Positions 1 to 8,139 of a stretch of 31,465 nt of DNA are shown here, piece after piece. The stretch is taken from positions 1 to 31,465 of the IMG/VR virus record IMGVR_UViG_3300010362_000070. One strand, given 5' to 3'. The notes under the pieces were generated by a model, which ran no database searches, was not told where the DNA came from, and saw only the letters and a program-made list of their open reading frames with translations. The position numbers and the translations under genes are program-made. Position 1 is the stretch's first letter. Each line of letters starts with the position of its first letter. This DNA comes from a virus (taxonomy: Duplodnaviria; Caudoviricetes).

Positions 1-1
1 C

Positions 2-349
2 ACAGTTCCGCCGGCGGCTGCGGCCGACATCGGGCCAAGGACGGGGAAGCCCGCATCGTCTGCGCGGCCGCCGGCCGGCTATCGCGTGATCGACCAGTAC
101 GAACTCGAGGGCCGCTGGCACCATATCTACATCGGCGACCCGCCCGAACATTTCAAAACCTCGATCCCGAAAACCGGCGCGCTATTGAAACGCGCCTTTG
201 CGATGAAAGCGCCGATCGCGCTCGACATCACGGCGAACAAGACCAAGGGCGAAGCTGGATACATCAATCGCGTGACGTTTCTGAGCACGGATGCCGACCT
301 CGAGGCGCGCGAGGCGATACGAAGCGAATCAGACGATCCCCCGAGTTGA
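2..349 (+). CDS. 5'-truncated early phage protein (hypothetical)
   Basis: The frame of ORF 86..349 is open back to the window edge (TVPPAAAADIG...), so the gene starts outside the window. Stop TGA ends at 349. Confidence 0.6.
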   Translation, partial: TVPPAAAADIGPRTGKPASSARPPAGYRVIDQYELEGRWHHIYIGDPPEHFKTSIPKTGALLKRAFAMKAPIALDITANKTKGEAGYINRVTFLSTDADLEAREAIRSESDDPPS

Positions 350-357
350 CAAAACAT

Positions 358-412
358 CCGTGTCGGGCCGGGCGTCCGGCATTTCTGGACGCTTCAGCAC
401 GGCGGGTTTTTT
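358..412 (+). terminator. Possible intrinsic terminator / long hairpin
   Basis: Inner stem GCGTCCGG(372-379)/CTGGACGC(385-392) and outer stem CCGTG(358-362)/CACGG(398-402), followed by T6 at 407-412, just after a stop codon. Confidence 0.4.
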
Positions 413-449
413 CACTGTAAATATTGCGGAAAGGTTAAACGGAGCGAGC

Positions 450-1556
450 GTGCCTAAAGCGCTGTCGATTAAATCAAAACCCGCACTGATTCAGGAACGC
501 TGGCAGGATTCCCCATTGCCGGCGATTCGAGCCAAGTGCCGCGAGATTTACGAACGTCGCAATGAACTGATCGGCGAACTCGATCTTAATCAGGCCGATT
601 ACTACCGCCAGCACGCGAATGCGATCGAGCGATTCGTAGGTAATCGTGAGGGCCGCGACGATGCACGCCGTAGTGCGCGGATTCTAGAGTGCGCCGTGGG
701 TGCGGCACTTGGTATCGTCCGCGCAGGACAGCGGACCGATCGTCAACCTTCGCAAGCTAGCGAAGGTTCAGGAATCAAAGATCCTGATGACCGTCATCGC
801 TGTCGGTTGATTTTTAAGTACCGTCGGGTGTGGGAGCCGCTACTCGAGGACCGCGGCTTGACGCGGCTGCAGGTCTTGACGCTGATCAAGATTTACCGGA
901 ATCGGGAAACGAATCCACCAGTAGGCTCCGCAATGATTCACCAGGCAGACTGGCGCAACTGGCTGGCCGCGCAACCGACGTGCGATCTGCTTCTAACCGA
1001 TCCGCCGTATGCGACTGAGGTCGCCGATATACGAGCCTTCGCGCATGACTGGCTGCCGCTCGCGCTCGAAAAGGTCGCACCGACGGGCCGTGCCTATGTC
1101 TGCATCGGCGCGTACCCGAATGAACTCGAAGCCTATCTGACCGTACCTCGAGGGAAACTCACGCTCGCGCAAGTCCTGGTATGGACCTATCGCAACACAG
1201 TAGGGCCGGCGCCGAAGCTCGATTACAAACAGAACTGGCAGGCGATCTTGTACTACCGCGGTGCCGAAGCCGCGCCGCTCGAGTGTCCACTGCTGACGGA
1301 GTTATTCAGTGTGCAGGATATCAACGCGCCGGATGCACGGCAGAGTGAACGCTATCACGCCTGGCAAAAGCCCGACGCGCTCGGTGAACGGTTCATCCGT
1401 CATGCAACGAAGCCGGGCGATCTGATTCTGGATCCGTTTGCCGGCACCGGCACGTTTCTAATGGCCGCCGCGCGTTTGGGCCGCGACGCGATCGGTTGTG
1501 AGCACGATCCGAAGCAAGTGGAGGTCTGTCGTGAGCGAGGTTGTCTGGGAGCCTGA
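450..1556 (+). CDS. DNA N6-adenine/N4-cytosine methyltransferase (beta class) with N-terminal helical extension
   Basis: Catalytic motif TDPPY precedes SAM-binding motif DPFAGTGT; H..QKP motif present. GTG 450 is preceded by GGAG at 441-444. Confidence 0.9.
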   Translation: MPKALSIKSKPALIQERWQDSPLPAIRAKCREIYERRNELIGELDLNQADYYRQHANAIERFVGNREGRDDARRSARILECAVGAALGIVRAGQRTDRQPSQASEGSGIKDPDDRHRCRLIFKYRRVWEPLLEDRGLTRLQVLTLIKIYRNRETNPPVGSAMIHQADWRNWLAAQPTCDLLLTDPPYATEVADIRAFAHDWLPLALEKVAPTGRAYVCIGAYPNELEAYLTVPRGKLTLAQVLVWTYRNTVGPAPKLDYKQNWQAILYYRGAEAAPLECPLLTELFSVQDINAPDARQSERYHAWQKPDALGERFIRHATKPGDLILDPFAGTGTFLMAAARLGRDAIGCEHDPKQVEVCRERGCLGA

Positions 1557-2163
1557 TGTCTCAGTCGACGAGGATGCCGAGTTTTCGCGGCAGGCTTTTC
1601 TCTTAACGTGGCCGCATATCCGTCATCTCTTCGGCCCAGATGCGGAATATCGACCACTCGAAGAGAAAAAAACAAAGGCGCACCATCGTGAACTGGATCT
1701 AGTCGGTGGCATCGATGGCTATATCGTGCAAGAGAACGTCATACGAACCGTAGCGCAGCGAACACAACGCATTGAAATCTTTCCACGCGCAAATACTTTC
1801 ACGCTTCGTCGGCGACGCACGACCGGTACCGCCACTGAATACTTGAAACGGCTCGAGGCGATCAACAACGGTGATGCCGTTCCTTCTCTGACGATTCAGA
1901 CTTATTTCAGCGAGACGCAGAATTGTCCTATGAAAGTTGGCATTGCACACACCGTGGCGCTATATCGATGGACGCATGAACATTTGACCAAGTGTGATGT
2001 TCGCACGGCCCAACATGGTGGCAATGAATTCCTGGTCATTAAATGGCTGACGCTTGGACTCGAAAGCGATGTGCCATACGCAACGTGGTATCCAACCTCG
2101 CGAACACGTGGCCCAACCGCATTTTTTGATCGGCCCACGTGGCCGAAGAATCGCTGGATCTGA
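1531..2163 (+). CDS. Hypothetical protein, possible PD-(D/E)XK-like nuclease partnered with the MTase
   Basis: Overlaps the MTase 3' end. GTG 1531 follows GGAGG (track start 1498). Motifs LDxxGGIDG...AQRTQ...TFTLR...TEYxKR. Confidence 0.6.
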   Translation: MSEVVWEPDVSVDEDAEFSRQAFLLTWPHIRHLFGPDAEYRPLEEKKTKAHHRELDLVGGIDGYIVQENVIRTVAQRTQRIEIFPRANTFTLRRRRTTGTATEYLKRLEAINNGDAVPSLTIQTYFSETQNCPMKVGIAHTVALYRWTHEHLTKCDVRTAQHGGNEFLVIKWLTLGLESDVPYATWYPTSRTRGPTAFFDRPTWPKNRWI

Positions 2164-2221
2164 ACGAATTAAACGACAAAACCCCTGAGTCGGATCGGAT
2201 CAGGGTCTGATAAGCCGGATT

Positions 2222-2884
2222 ATGTTGATTCTTGATCTCTGCGGCGGATCGGGCGCCTGGTCGCAGCCATATCGCGAGGCGGGGTACTGCGTCGATGTCG
2301 TCGATCGGCCCCGCGACGTCCGCCTGCTGCAACGCATCAAAGCCGGTGTCCATGGCATTCTCGCAGCCCCACCCTGTACCCATCTCGCCGGATCGGGTGC
2401 GCGCTGGTGGGCCGATAAAGGCGACGAGGCATTACGCGATGCACTCAGTGTCTCCGATGCATGTCTTCGGATTGCTTACGTCCAGCAACCGTGCTGGTGG
2501 GTGCTCGAGAATCCGGTCGGCCGGCTGGTGTGGTATCTCGGCCCGCCGGTCATGGCGTTCGATCCGGCGGATTACGGCGATCCCTATACCAAACGGACGC
2601 TGCTCTGGGGCAGGTTCATCTGTCCGCGCAAACGTCGCATCGTCGCGAGCGAGGGCTCGAAAATCCATCCCGTGGGATCTCGTCGTCGTGGCGTTCGGCC
2701 TCGGTTGGACGCTGCGATCGATTGTGCCCGTGCGGATCGATCGCTGCTGGATCGGCCACGACTGGGTGGTGATCGGCGAACCGAATCTCGCGATCGCGCA
2801 TCAGTGGGTCCAGTGTCGCCGCTGCGGCGTGGTGGACGTCGAGGAGCCGTAACGTTCGATCGCGTTCGGGCAGAAAGGGAGTGA
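2222..2884 (+). CDS. Minimal phage C5-cytosine DNA methyltransferase, C-terminus apparently lost
   Basis: Motif I LDLCGGSG, catalytic PPC, motif VI ENP and YGDPYTKRT are present. Sequence after EGSKIH (~2668) is Arg-rich and looks off-frame. Confidence 0.7.
   Translation: MLILDLCGGSGAWSQPYREAGYCVDVVDRPRDVRLLQRIKAGVHGILAAPPCTHLAGSGARWWADKGDEALRDALSVSDACLRIAYVQQPCWWVLENPVGRLVWYLGPPVMAFDPADYGDPYTKRTLLWGRFICPRKRRIVASEGSKIHPVGSRRRGVRPRLDAAIDCARADRSLLDRPRLGGDRRTESRDRASVGPVSPLRRGGRRGAVTFDRVRAERE
2667..2852 (+). pseudogene. Small membrane + Cys/His protein, possibly 5'-truncated
   Basis: IPWDLVVVAFGLGWTLRS...CWIGHDW...QCRRCG in the frame of ORF 2232..2852. No ATG/RBS found; GTG 2688 is possible. 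Confidence 0.45.
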
Positions 2885-2888
2885 CTCC

Positions 2889-3539
2889 GTGGCCCCGATG
2901 AGTGACAAGAAAGAAGCCTACCCGTTGAGTTGGCCGGACGACTGGCCTCGTGCGCGCCCGCAAGACCGTCGTGCCATGGCGTCCTGGAAGCGGACCGCGA
3001 ATCAGTACCGCGATGCGCTCATCAACGAGTTGGCGCGCATGGGTTCGCCCTCGGCGGTCATCTCCTCGAACGTCCCGCTGAATCTCCGGGGCGCGATGAC
3101 GCCGGGGGTCGAACCGCTCGACGTCGGGGTCGCGGTCTACTTCTCACGCAAGCTGAAGGAAGATTTCGCGTGGCAGGACGCGCTCGGGGTGCACGATCCC
3201 GCGCCGACCGAGGCGCAGGTGAGCGAGGCCTATCGGCGCCTGGCGCAGCAGTACCACCCGGATCGCGGCGGCGATCTCGAAATGTTTCGATCGCTCACCC
3301 GGCACCGCGACAACGCACTCGCGTGGATCAACCGGAAAACGAATCAACGGTTCGATTACGTCATCGCGTGCGATCAGTTTCTCGAAGTGCGGCTGAACCT
3401 GGCGGCGATCGGGCTGACGATCAAAGCCATCCGCCAGATCGAACGGTGCGGCACGTCGAGTCTGCTCGAGCGGGCGTTCAAGGGGTTCGCGGCGCTGCCG
3501 GCGCATGTCGAGAGCGCCGTTGCAGGCGCCGCGCGGTAA
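2889..3539 (+). CDS. Phage J-domain (DnaJ-like HPD) protein
   Basis: AYPLSWP...VISSNVPL...GVAVYF N-terminal motifs; J-domain W..LGV...AYRRLAQQYHPDRGG; IACD...NL.AI..TI.A.R.IER.G. RBS AAGGGAG upstream; ATG 2898 is an alternative start. Confidence 0.8.
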   Translation: MAPMSDKKEAYPLSWPDDWPRARPQDRRAMASWKRTANQYRDALINELARMGSPSAVISSNVPLNLRGAMTPGVEPLDVGVAVYFSRKLKEDFAWQDALGVHDPAPTEAQVSEAYRRLAQQYHPDRGGDLEMFRSLTRHRDNALAWINRKTNQRFDYVIACDQFLEVRLNLAAIGLTIKAIRQIERCGTSSLLERAFKGFAALPAHVESAVAGAAR

Positions 3540-3541
3540 GC

Positions 3542-4060
3542 ATGATGGCGCTCAAAGCGATCACCGACGGCACGGTCATCGACATTGGCGTGGATGCTCG
3601 TGATCAGGAGATCGAATCGCTGCGCAGCGAGGTGCGCCGCTTGCACCGCGCCGTCAACGATGCCGACGTCAAGGCGGCGCGGGCGCGTGAAGACGCCGAT
3701 CGCGCGCTGTCGGCGCTCCGTCGGCAGTTGAGTCCGCTCTATCGCGCGCTGCAGGCGGTGTTCGGCGAGCTCGACGCGGCCGGCGTCACCGATGCGTCAT
3801 CGGCGTCGAGTCCCACCGCGGGCGAGACGGCGCCCCCGAATGCGCGCGCCTCGGCGGTGTGGGAAGCGTGGAAGGCGAAGCTCGGGCCGTCGTGCGCGAA
3901 GGTGATCGATGCGCTCCTGCTGCACGGCGAGATGAACACCACGCAGCTCGCGATCGCCGTCGGCATGAGTCGCAAGCCGATTCCGAATCTGATCTACAAG
4001 CTCAATCAGGCGGGGCTGATCACCAAGAACGGCGGTCGGTTCTCACTCAAAACGCTCTGA
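3542..4060 (+). CDS. Coiled-coil + winged-helix DNA-binding protein
   Basis: ATG 3542 lies right after the previous stop. Heptad region, then KVIDALLLHGEMNTTQLAIAVGMS...LIYKLNQAGLI, a wHTH pattern. Confidence 0.75.
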   Translation: MMALKAITDGTVIDIGVDARDQEIESLRSEVRRLHRAVNDADVKAARAREDADRALSALRRQLSPLYRALQAVFGELDAAGVTDASSASSPTAGETAPPNARASAVWEAWKAKLGPSCAKVIDALLLHGEMNTTQLAIAVGMSRKPIPNLIYKLNQAGLITKNGGRFSLKTL

Positions 4061-4072
4061 CTGCGAGGCGCT

Positions 4073-4468
4073 ATGACTGACATCCACGTCGACCCCGGGT
4101 CCAGCTTCGTGACGGTGACCGCGATCCCCCCCGCGTTGACGGTGATCGAAGTGTTCGCGCCCGATCAGTACAACGACCTCGGGGATGGCGACTACACGCT
4201 CACCGCCGGCCACTACGCGCAGGGTCTGACCCGCGATGGGCAGCCACCCATCGATCCCGCCCTCATCAATGAGGAGCATCCCGATAACCGCTCGCAGCCC
4301 GACGACGTCATGTCGATGCAACCCGATGGCTCGTGGCAGACGCGGCCGAAAGGCGCGAACGGCCCGTACGAACGCTGCAAGAAAACGGCGGCGGGCGCGG
4401 TGTATCGACCCGTCGTGCCAGGCGTCGCGCGCCTCGTGGGTGTAGCGACGGAGGTGCCGAACCAGTGA
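4073..4468 (+). CDS. Hypothetical protein with one fascin-like repeat motif
   Basis: GAGG RBS, GC3-rich codons, stop overlaps next start (TGATG). Motif VMSMQPDGSWQTRP...GPYE. Confidence 0.7.
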   Translation: MTDIHVDPGSSFVTVTAIPPALTVIEVFAPDQYNDLGDGDYTLTAGHYAQGLTRDGQPPIDPALINEEHPDNRSQPDDVMSMQPDGSWQTRPKGANGPYERCKKTAAGAVYRPVVPGVARLVGVATEVPNQ

Positions 4469-5016
4469 TGTCGATGGCGATCGAGGCCGACGAGCCGCCC
4501 ACGTTTCGGTTGCTAGCTGACGATGGGCGGCTCGTGTGCGAATACATGCCGAGCCTGGACGCGTGGACCGACCTGCAGGTCCTGGCGCGCGTGCGTGGGC
4601 AGTCGGTCGAAGACCTGATTCGCTTGGCGCTCGACACCTGGATGGACGGGGAGGCGCGTGGCCCGGTATCCGCCGACCGCGAATCGCGGCCAGCTTCGCA
4701 GCGTGAGACCGGCCGGTTTCGCGCAAGCGTTCTTCGAGGCGAATCCATGAATCGTAGAAGGCCAGAGGATCGGTTCGACGGCGAGCTGCCAGAAGAAGCG
4801 CCGCGGCAACAAGGCGTCGTCGGCCAGGTCGCGACCCTCATCCCCGAGAAAGGCTACGGCTTCCTGTTCGCGGAGGGCCGCAAATACTTTTTTCATCGCA
4901 GCGACTTTGTCCGCGCCGCGGACTTCGACGCGCTGACGGTCGGCCTCTACGTCACGTTTCTTCCAATCGAGCGCACGGCGAAAGGGCCGCGCGCCAAGAA
5001 CCTCGAGCTCGCGTGA
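4468..5016 (+). CDS. Ribbon-helix-helix-like domain fused to cold-shock domain
   Basis: C-terminal CSD with RNP1 KGYGF, RNP2 YFFH and KGPRA. N-terminal LQVLARVRGQSVEDLIRLAL is RHH-like. In-frame ATG at 4747 with GAGG upstream. Confidence 0.75.
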   Translation: MSMAIEADEPPTFRLLADDGRLVCEYMPSLDAWTDLQVLARVRGQSVEDLIRLALDTWMDGEARGPVSADRESRPASQRETGRFRASVLRGESMNRRRPEDRFDGELPEEAPRQQGVVGQVATLIPEKGYGFLFAEGRKYFFHRSDFVRAADFDALTVGLYVTFLPIERTAKGPRAKNLELA

Positions 5017-5027
5017 CAGGGGAGGTC

Positions 5028-5657
5028 ATGGCGGCGGAAAAATCCCCAGCATTCCAGTTCTATCCCAAGGACTTTCTGTCCGACCCGAACGTGATCAGTA
5101 TGCGAATGGCCGAGCGCGGCGCCTATATCACGCTGCTCTGTTTGTGCTGGATGGAACAGGTGCTGCCGGCCGATCCTGACGAGCTGGCGCGCCTGTGCAA
5201 AATCCCACGCTCGATCTTTGCGGCTATGTGGCCTAACCTTTCGCGCTGTTTCATTCTCCAAAATGGTACACTCGTACAACCGCGTCTCGAGCGCGAGCGC
5301 GAAAAGCAACATATCTATAAGCAACTGCAATCACTTAAAGGCAAGCTCAGCGCGGCCGGCCGATTCAACCGCGGTTCAGGCTCGGTTCAACCGGAGGGCA
5401 ACTCTTCGTCTTCTTCTTCTACTACGTATAAGAACAAGCTAGTACAGACGCCTGTTCAGGTCCTCCCATCCACAGCTTGTGGACGTCAAAAAACTGACGT
5501 CGACGACGAACCGCTGACGCGGCAAGAAACGACGCTCGCCGAACGGATCCTGAAGAGCCGGTTCGGTCGCTGCGAACACGATCCGCCGTGCCACAACAGC
5601 CTCGCATGCACGAACAAGATCGCGTACGAGATCCGCGCGAAACGGAACGGAGGGTAG
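5028..5657 (+). CDS. DUF1376/YdaU-like phage replication initiator
   Basis: PAFQFYPKDFLSD...ERGAYITLL..CW...LP.D...LARL...L.QPRL signature. GGAGG RBS at 5021. Confidence 0.85.
   Translation: MAAEKSPAFQFYPKDFLSDPNVISMRMAERGAYITLLCLCWMEQVLPADPDELARLCKIPRSIFAAMWPNLSRCFILQNGTLVQPRLEREREKQHIYKQLQSLKGKLSAAGRFNRGSGSVQPEGNSSSSSSTTYKNKLVQTPVQVLPSTACGRQKTDVDDEPLTRQETTLAERILKSRFGRCEHDPPCHNSLACTNKIAYEIRAKRNGG
5361..5436. promoter_or_regulatory. Putative replication origin: three 11-bp iterons plus pyrimidine/AT-rich tract
   Basis: CGATTCAACCG(5361), CGGTTCAGGCT(5372) and CGGTTCAACCG(5383) in tandem, then TCTTCGTCTTCTTCTTCTACTACGTATAAGAACA, inside the initiator gene as in lambdoid origins. Confidence 0.6.
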
Positions 5658-5685
5658 CGATATCTCCACGCGTGGCTGGGAGTCC

Positions 5686-6048
5686 GTGACGTTGGCTGAA
5701 GCCGTCGCAAAGACCGATGCCGACACGCGGTCGAAGTACGGCAACACGCGCGTGATGGTCGACGGGATCACGTTCGATTCCAAACGCGAGGCGGCGCATT
5801 GGCAGTTGCTCAAGGCTCGAGCCGCCGCCGGCGAGATCACCGAGCTGCGCCATCACGTCGTCTTTCCGTTGTTGTGTCCGTACGAAGATCGCGCGCTGAT
5901 GGTCAGCACGTACGAAGCCGATTTCACATATCGCGATCAATACCGCCGGCTGCATGTGGTCGACGTGAAAGGGCAGCGCACGCAGATGTATCTGCTCAAG
6001 AGACGCTGGCTGCAATTGCAAGACGGGATTCGGATCGAGGAACCGTGA
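5686..6048 (+). CDS. DUF1064 family PD-(D/E)XK endonuclease
   Basis: SKYGN....DGITFDSKREA...YEADFTY...VVDVKG signature. Confidence 0.9.
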   Translation: MTLAEAVAKTDADTRSKYGNTRVMVDGITFDSKREAAHWQLLKARAAAGEITELRHHVVFPLLCPYEDRALMVSTYEADFTYRDQYRRLHVVDVKGQRTQMYLLKRRWLQLQDGIRIEEP

Positions 6049-6299
6049 GCGTGCAGCGCGTCGCCTTAACGGTCGGTCGCGAAACCTTCGATCTCGAGTT
6101 GGTCAATACGATTCAACCGGACGGGCGATCGTTTCGGCTGCTGGGTGGCCGGTTAATGCTCGTCGCCGAAATCTACGTGGCCCACGACGCCATGTGTCCG
6201 GCACGGTTGCCGGAGTCCAACGATGCGTCCGGTCCCTGTACGTGCGGCGGCCAAGAGGCGTTTAACGCGCTGCTCGACGTCAAACGGGTTCGCCGATGA
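6045..6299 (+). CDS. Hypothetical protein, possible Zn-binding (HDAMC...CTC)
   Basis: GTGA overlap with the upstream stop and ATGA overlap downstream; GAGG RBS. Confidence 0.65.
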   Translation: MSVQRVALTVGRETFDLELVNTIQPDGRSFRLLGGRLMLVAEIYVAHDAMCPARLPESNDASGPCTCGGQEAFNALLDVKRVRR

Positions 6300-6538
6300 C
6301 CACTTTTGGGAGCCTGATGTTGGACGAGCGCGACGCAATTGGTTATCTCGAGACTCTGGGGCGTGCGGGCTTCATCGTCTCGATCTGTTGCGGTCCCTGC
6401 GGCGCCCAGCCCTTCGCCTGGAGCATCAATGTCATGAATCGCGCCGGTGAAGAATTCGCGCGGCCAGAAGGCGCGCTCAGTTTCACGCACGCGGTGGCGA
6501 TTGCACTCGTGGAGATCGAGCGGCGCCAATGGATGTGA
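6296..6538 (+). CDS. Hypothetical protein
   Basis: 80-aa ORF translationally coupled to the previous gene. Confidence 0.65.
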   Translation: MTTFGSLMLDERDAIGYLETLGRAGFIVSICCGPCGAQPFAWSINVMNRAGEEFARPEGALSFTHAVAIALVEIERRQWM

Positions 6539-6555
6539 TGCGAGAGGAGGCCTGA

Positions 6556-6687
6556 ATGAGTCGCCTGCATTTGCTGGCCTATGTGCTGGCGTTCTGTTGT
6601 TTCGCACTCGCGGCTTGGCCAGTGTCGGCGCGCTTCAATTTGCTCGCGATCGGCCTCGCGGTCTTGACGCTGACGCTGATTTTCTGA
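6556..6687 (+). CDS. 43-aa two-TM membrane protein (holin candidate)
   Basis: Not in ORF track. MSRLHLLAYVLAFCCFALAAWPVSARFNLLAIGLAVLTLTLIF; strong AGGAGG RBS at 6545-6550. Confidence 0.7.
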   Translation: MSRLHLLAYVLAFCCFALAAWPVSARFNLLAIGLAVLTLTLIF

Positions 6688-6774
6688 ATGACCGGACTCG
6701 AGCTGATGTGGCTGGCGTTTGCGTTTTGTCTCGGGTGGACGGTGCGATCGTGGTTCGATCGCCGAAAGGACTAG
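6688..6774 (+). CDS. 28-aa single-TM peptide
   Basis: Not in ORF track. MTGLELMWLAFAFCLGWTVRSWFDRRKD fills the gap exactly between neighbours. Confidence 0.55.
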   Translation: MTGLELMWLAFAFCLGWTVRSWFDRRKD

Positions 6775-6777
6775 CGC

Positions 6778-8136
6778 ATGAGCATTGAGGCGGCAAAGGC
6801 CTGCATCCGCCACGCCCAGGCCGACCTGAATCAAGCGCTCGTCGAGCTCGATGCCGTCACGCCACCAGAACCGCCAGCCGCCATCGTCAGCACGCCGGCC
6901 GAATTCGACGAGGCGCTGCTGGCAGCCGTTCCCGGCGATGTCATCGTGTGTGCGGTCTCGCTGGTCTATCCGTCGGTGCTGACAATCCGAACGGCCGGCA
7001 TTCAGATCATCTCGGAACACAGCGGCACGACGCGGATCACCGACACGGAGTCGGCCCCAGCGTTCGGCGACAAGATCATTCTCGAGGCCGCTGATGTCCG
7101 ACTGAGCGGTCTGCAGATCTCGCACGGGAAATGGACCGACATTCTGCAGCTCGCCGGCGCGAATCCGATCATCGACCGCTGCCGCATTCTCGGCGACACG
7201 ACGACTGGTGCGCGCCGCGGAATCGCCGCCAACGCCGCGAACGTCACGATCACGCGCTGCCATATCGATCTCTGTTTTGGTCCCTATCCTGGCGATGATA
7301 CGCAGGCGATCTGTGCCTGGAAATCACTCGGCCCGATCCTCATCGAGGATTGTTATCTCTGCGGCGGCAGCGAGACGGTGATGTTTGGCGGGTCGGATCC
7401 GCCGAGTTCCGAGTACGTGCCCGCCGACATCACCATCCGTCTCAACACGATCACCAAGCGCGCCGCGTGGCAGCAGCAAGCGGTCGGCGTCAAAAACATT
7501 TTCGAGTTGAAGAATGCGAAGCGCGTCCTGATTGAAAACAACACATTCAGTTATTCGTGGGGCGGCCACGGTCAGGACGGATTCGCACTGGTGCTGACGC
7601 CGCGGAATCAGAGTGGCACGGCGCCCTATTCGACCGTCGAGGATGTCGAAATCAGACAGAACCGCTTTTCGTGTTCAGCGGGCGCGATCAGTTTCTTGGG
7701 TCACGATAACAACTATCCGAGCCAGCGCCTAGCCCGCGTAAACATCCATCACAACGTGTTCGAGGATCTCTCGCCCAGTAAGTACACCGGCACGAACAAG
7801 ATGCTCCAGATTCAAGCTGGCCCGATGCAACTGACTATCGACAGCAATGAGTTCTATGGTGCCGGTCTGAGCTCACAGGTGTATTTCAGCGGTTCGCCTC
7901 AGTGCGACCAATTGACCGTGACCAACAATAAGTGGCCGCACACGACGTACGGAATTTTCGGATCGGGTTCGTCTACAGGGACCGACCCAGCGACGGGCTT
8001 GCCGAAGGCTTGGGTGCAATACGTCGCGTCGGGTCAGTTGGCCAATAACACGGAATGGCCGGCGACGCGATCTACCGTGAGGCGCTTCTACGAATGGATC
8101 CTTCGCTGCGTGGCATCGTTCGGTTTCGCGAGGTGA
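6778..8136 (+). CDS. Right-handed parallel beta-helix (pectin-lyase-like) protein, putative polysaccharide depolymerase
   Basis: Repeated beta-helix coils (NVTITRCHI, ILIEDCYL, ITIRLNTI, VLIENNTF, VEIRQNRF, VNIHHNVF); VKNIFELKNA and GQDGFAL motifs. Confidence 0.8.
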   Translation: MSIEAAKACIRHAQADLNQALVELDAVTPPEPPAAIVSTPAEFDEALLAAVPGDVIVCAVSLVYPSVLTIRTAGIQIISEHSGTTRITDTESAPAFGDKIILEAADVRLSGLQISHGKWTDILQLAGANPIIDRCRILGDTTTGARRGIAANAANVTITRCHIDLCFGPYPGDDTQAICAWKSLGPILIEDCYLCGGSETVMFGGSDPPSSEYVPADITIRLNTITKRAAWQQQAVGVKNIFELKNAKRVLIENNTFSYSWGGHGQDGFALVLTPRNQSGTAPYSTVEDVEIRQNRFSCSAGAISFLGHDNNYPSQRLARVNIHHNVFEDLSPSKYTGTNKMLQIQAGPMQLTIDSNEFYGAGLSSQVYFSGSPQCDQLTVTNNKWPHTTYGIFGSGSSTGTDPATGLPKAWVQYVASGQLANNTEWPATRSTVRRFYEWILRCVASFGFAR

Positions 8137-8139
8137 GGC

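Noticed and set aside
346-351. TTGACA -35 hexamer (also at 12562)
   Set aside because: No credible -10 hexamer at 16-18 bp spacing in either case.
2930-3541. N-terminal part of the 376-aa ORF
   Set aside because: It is an Arg-rich shadow frame over the J-domain gene. The real gene starts at ATG 3542.
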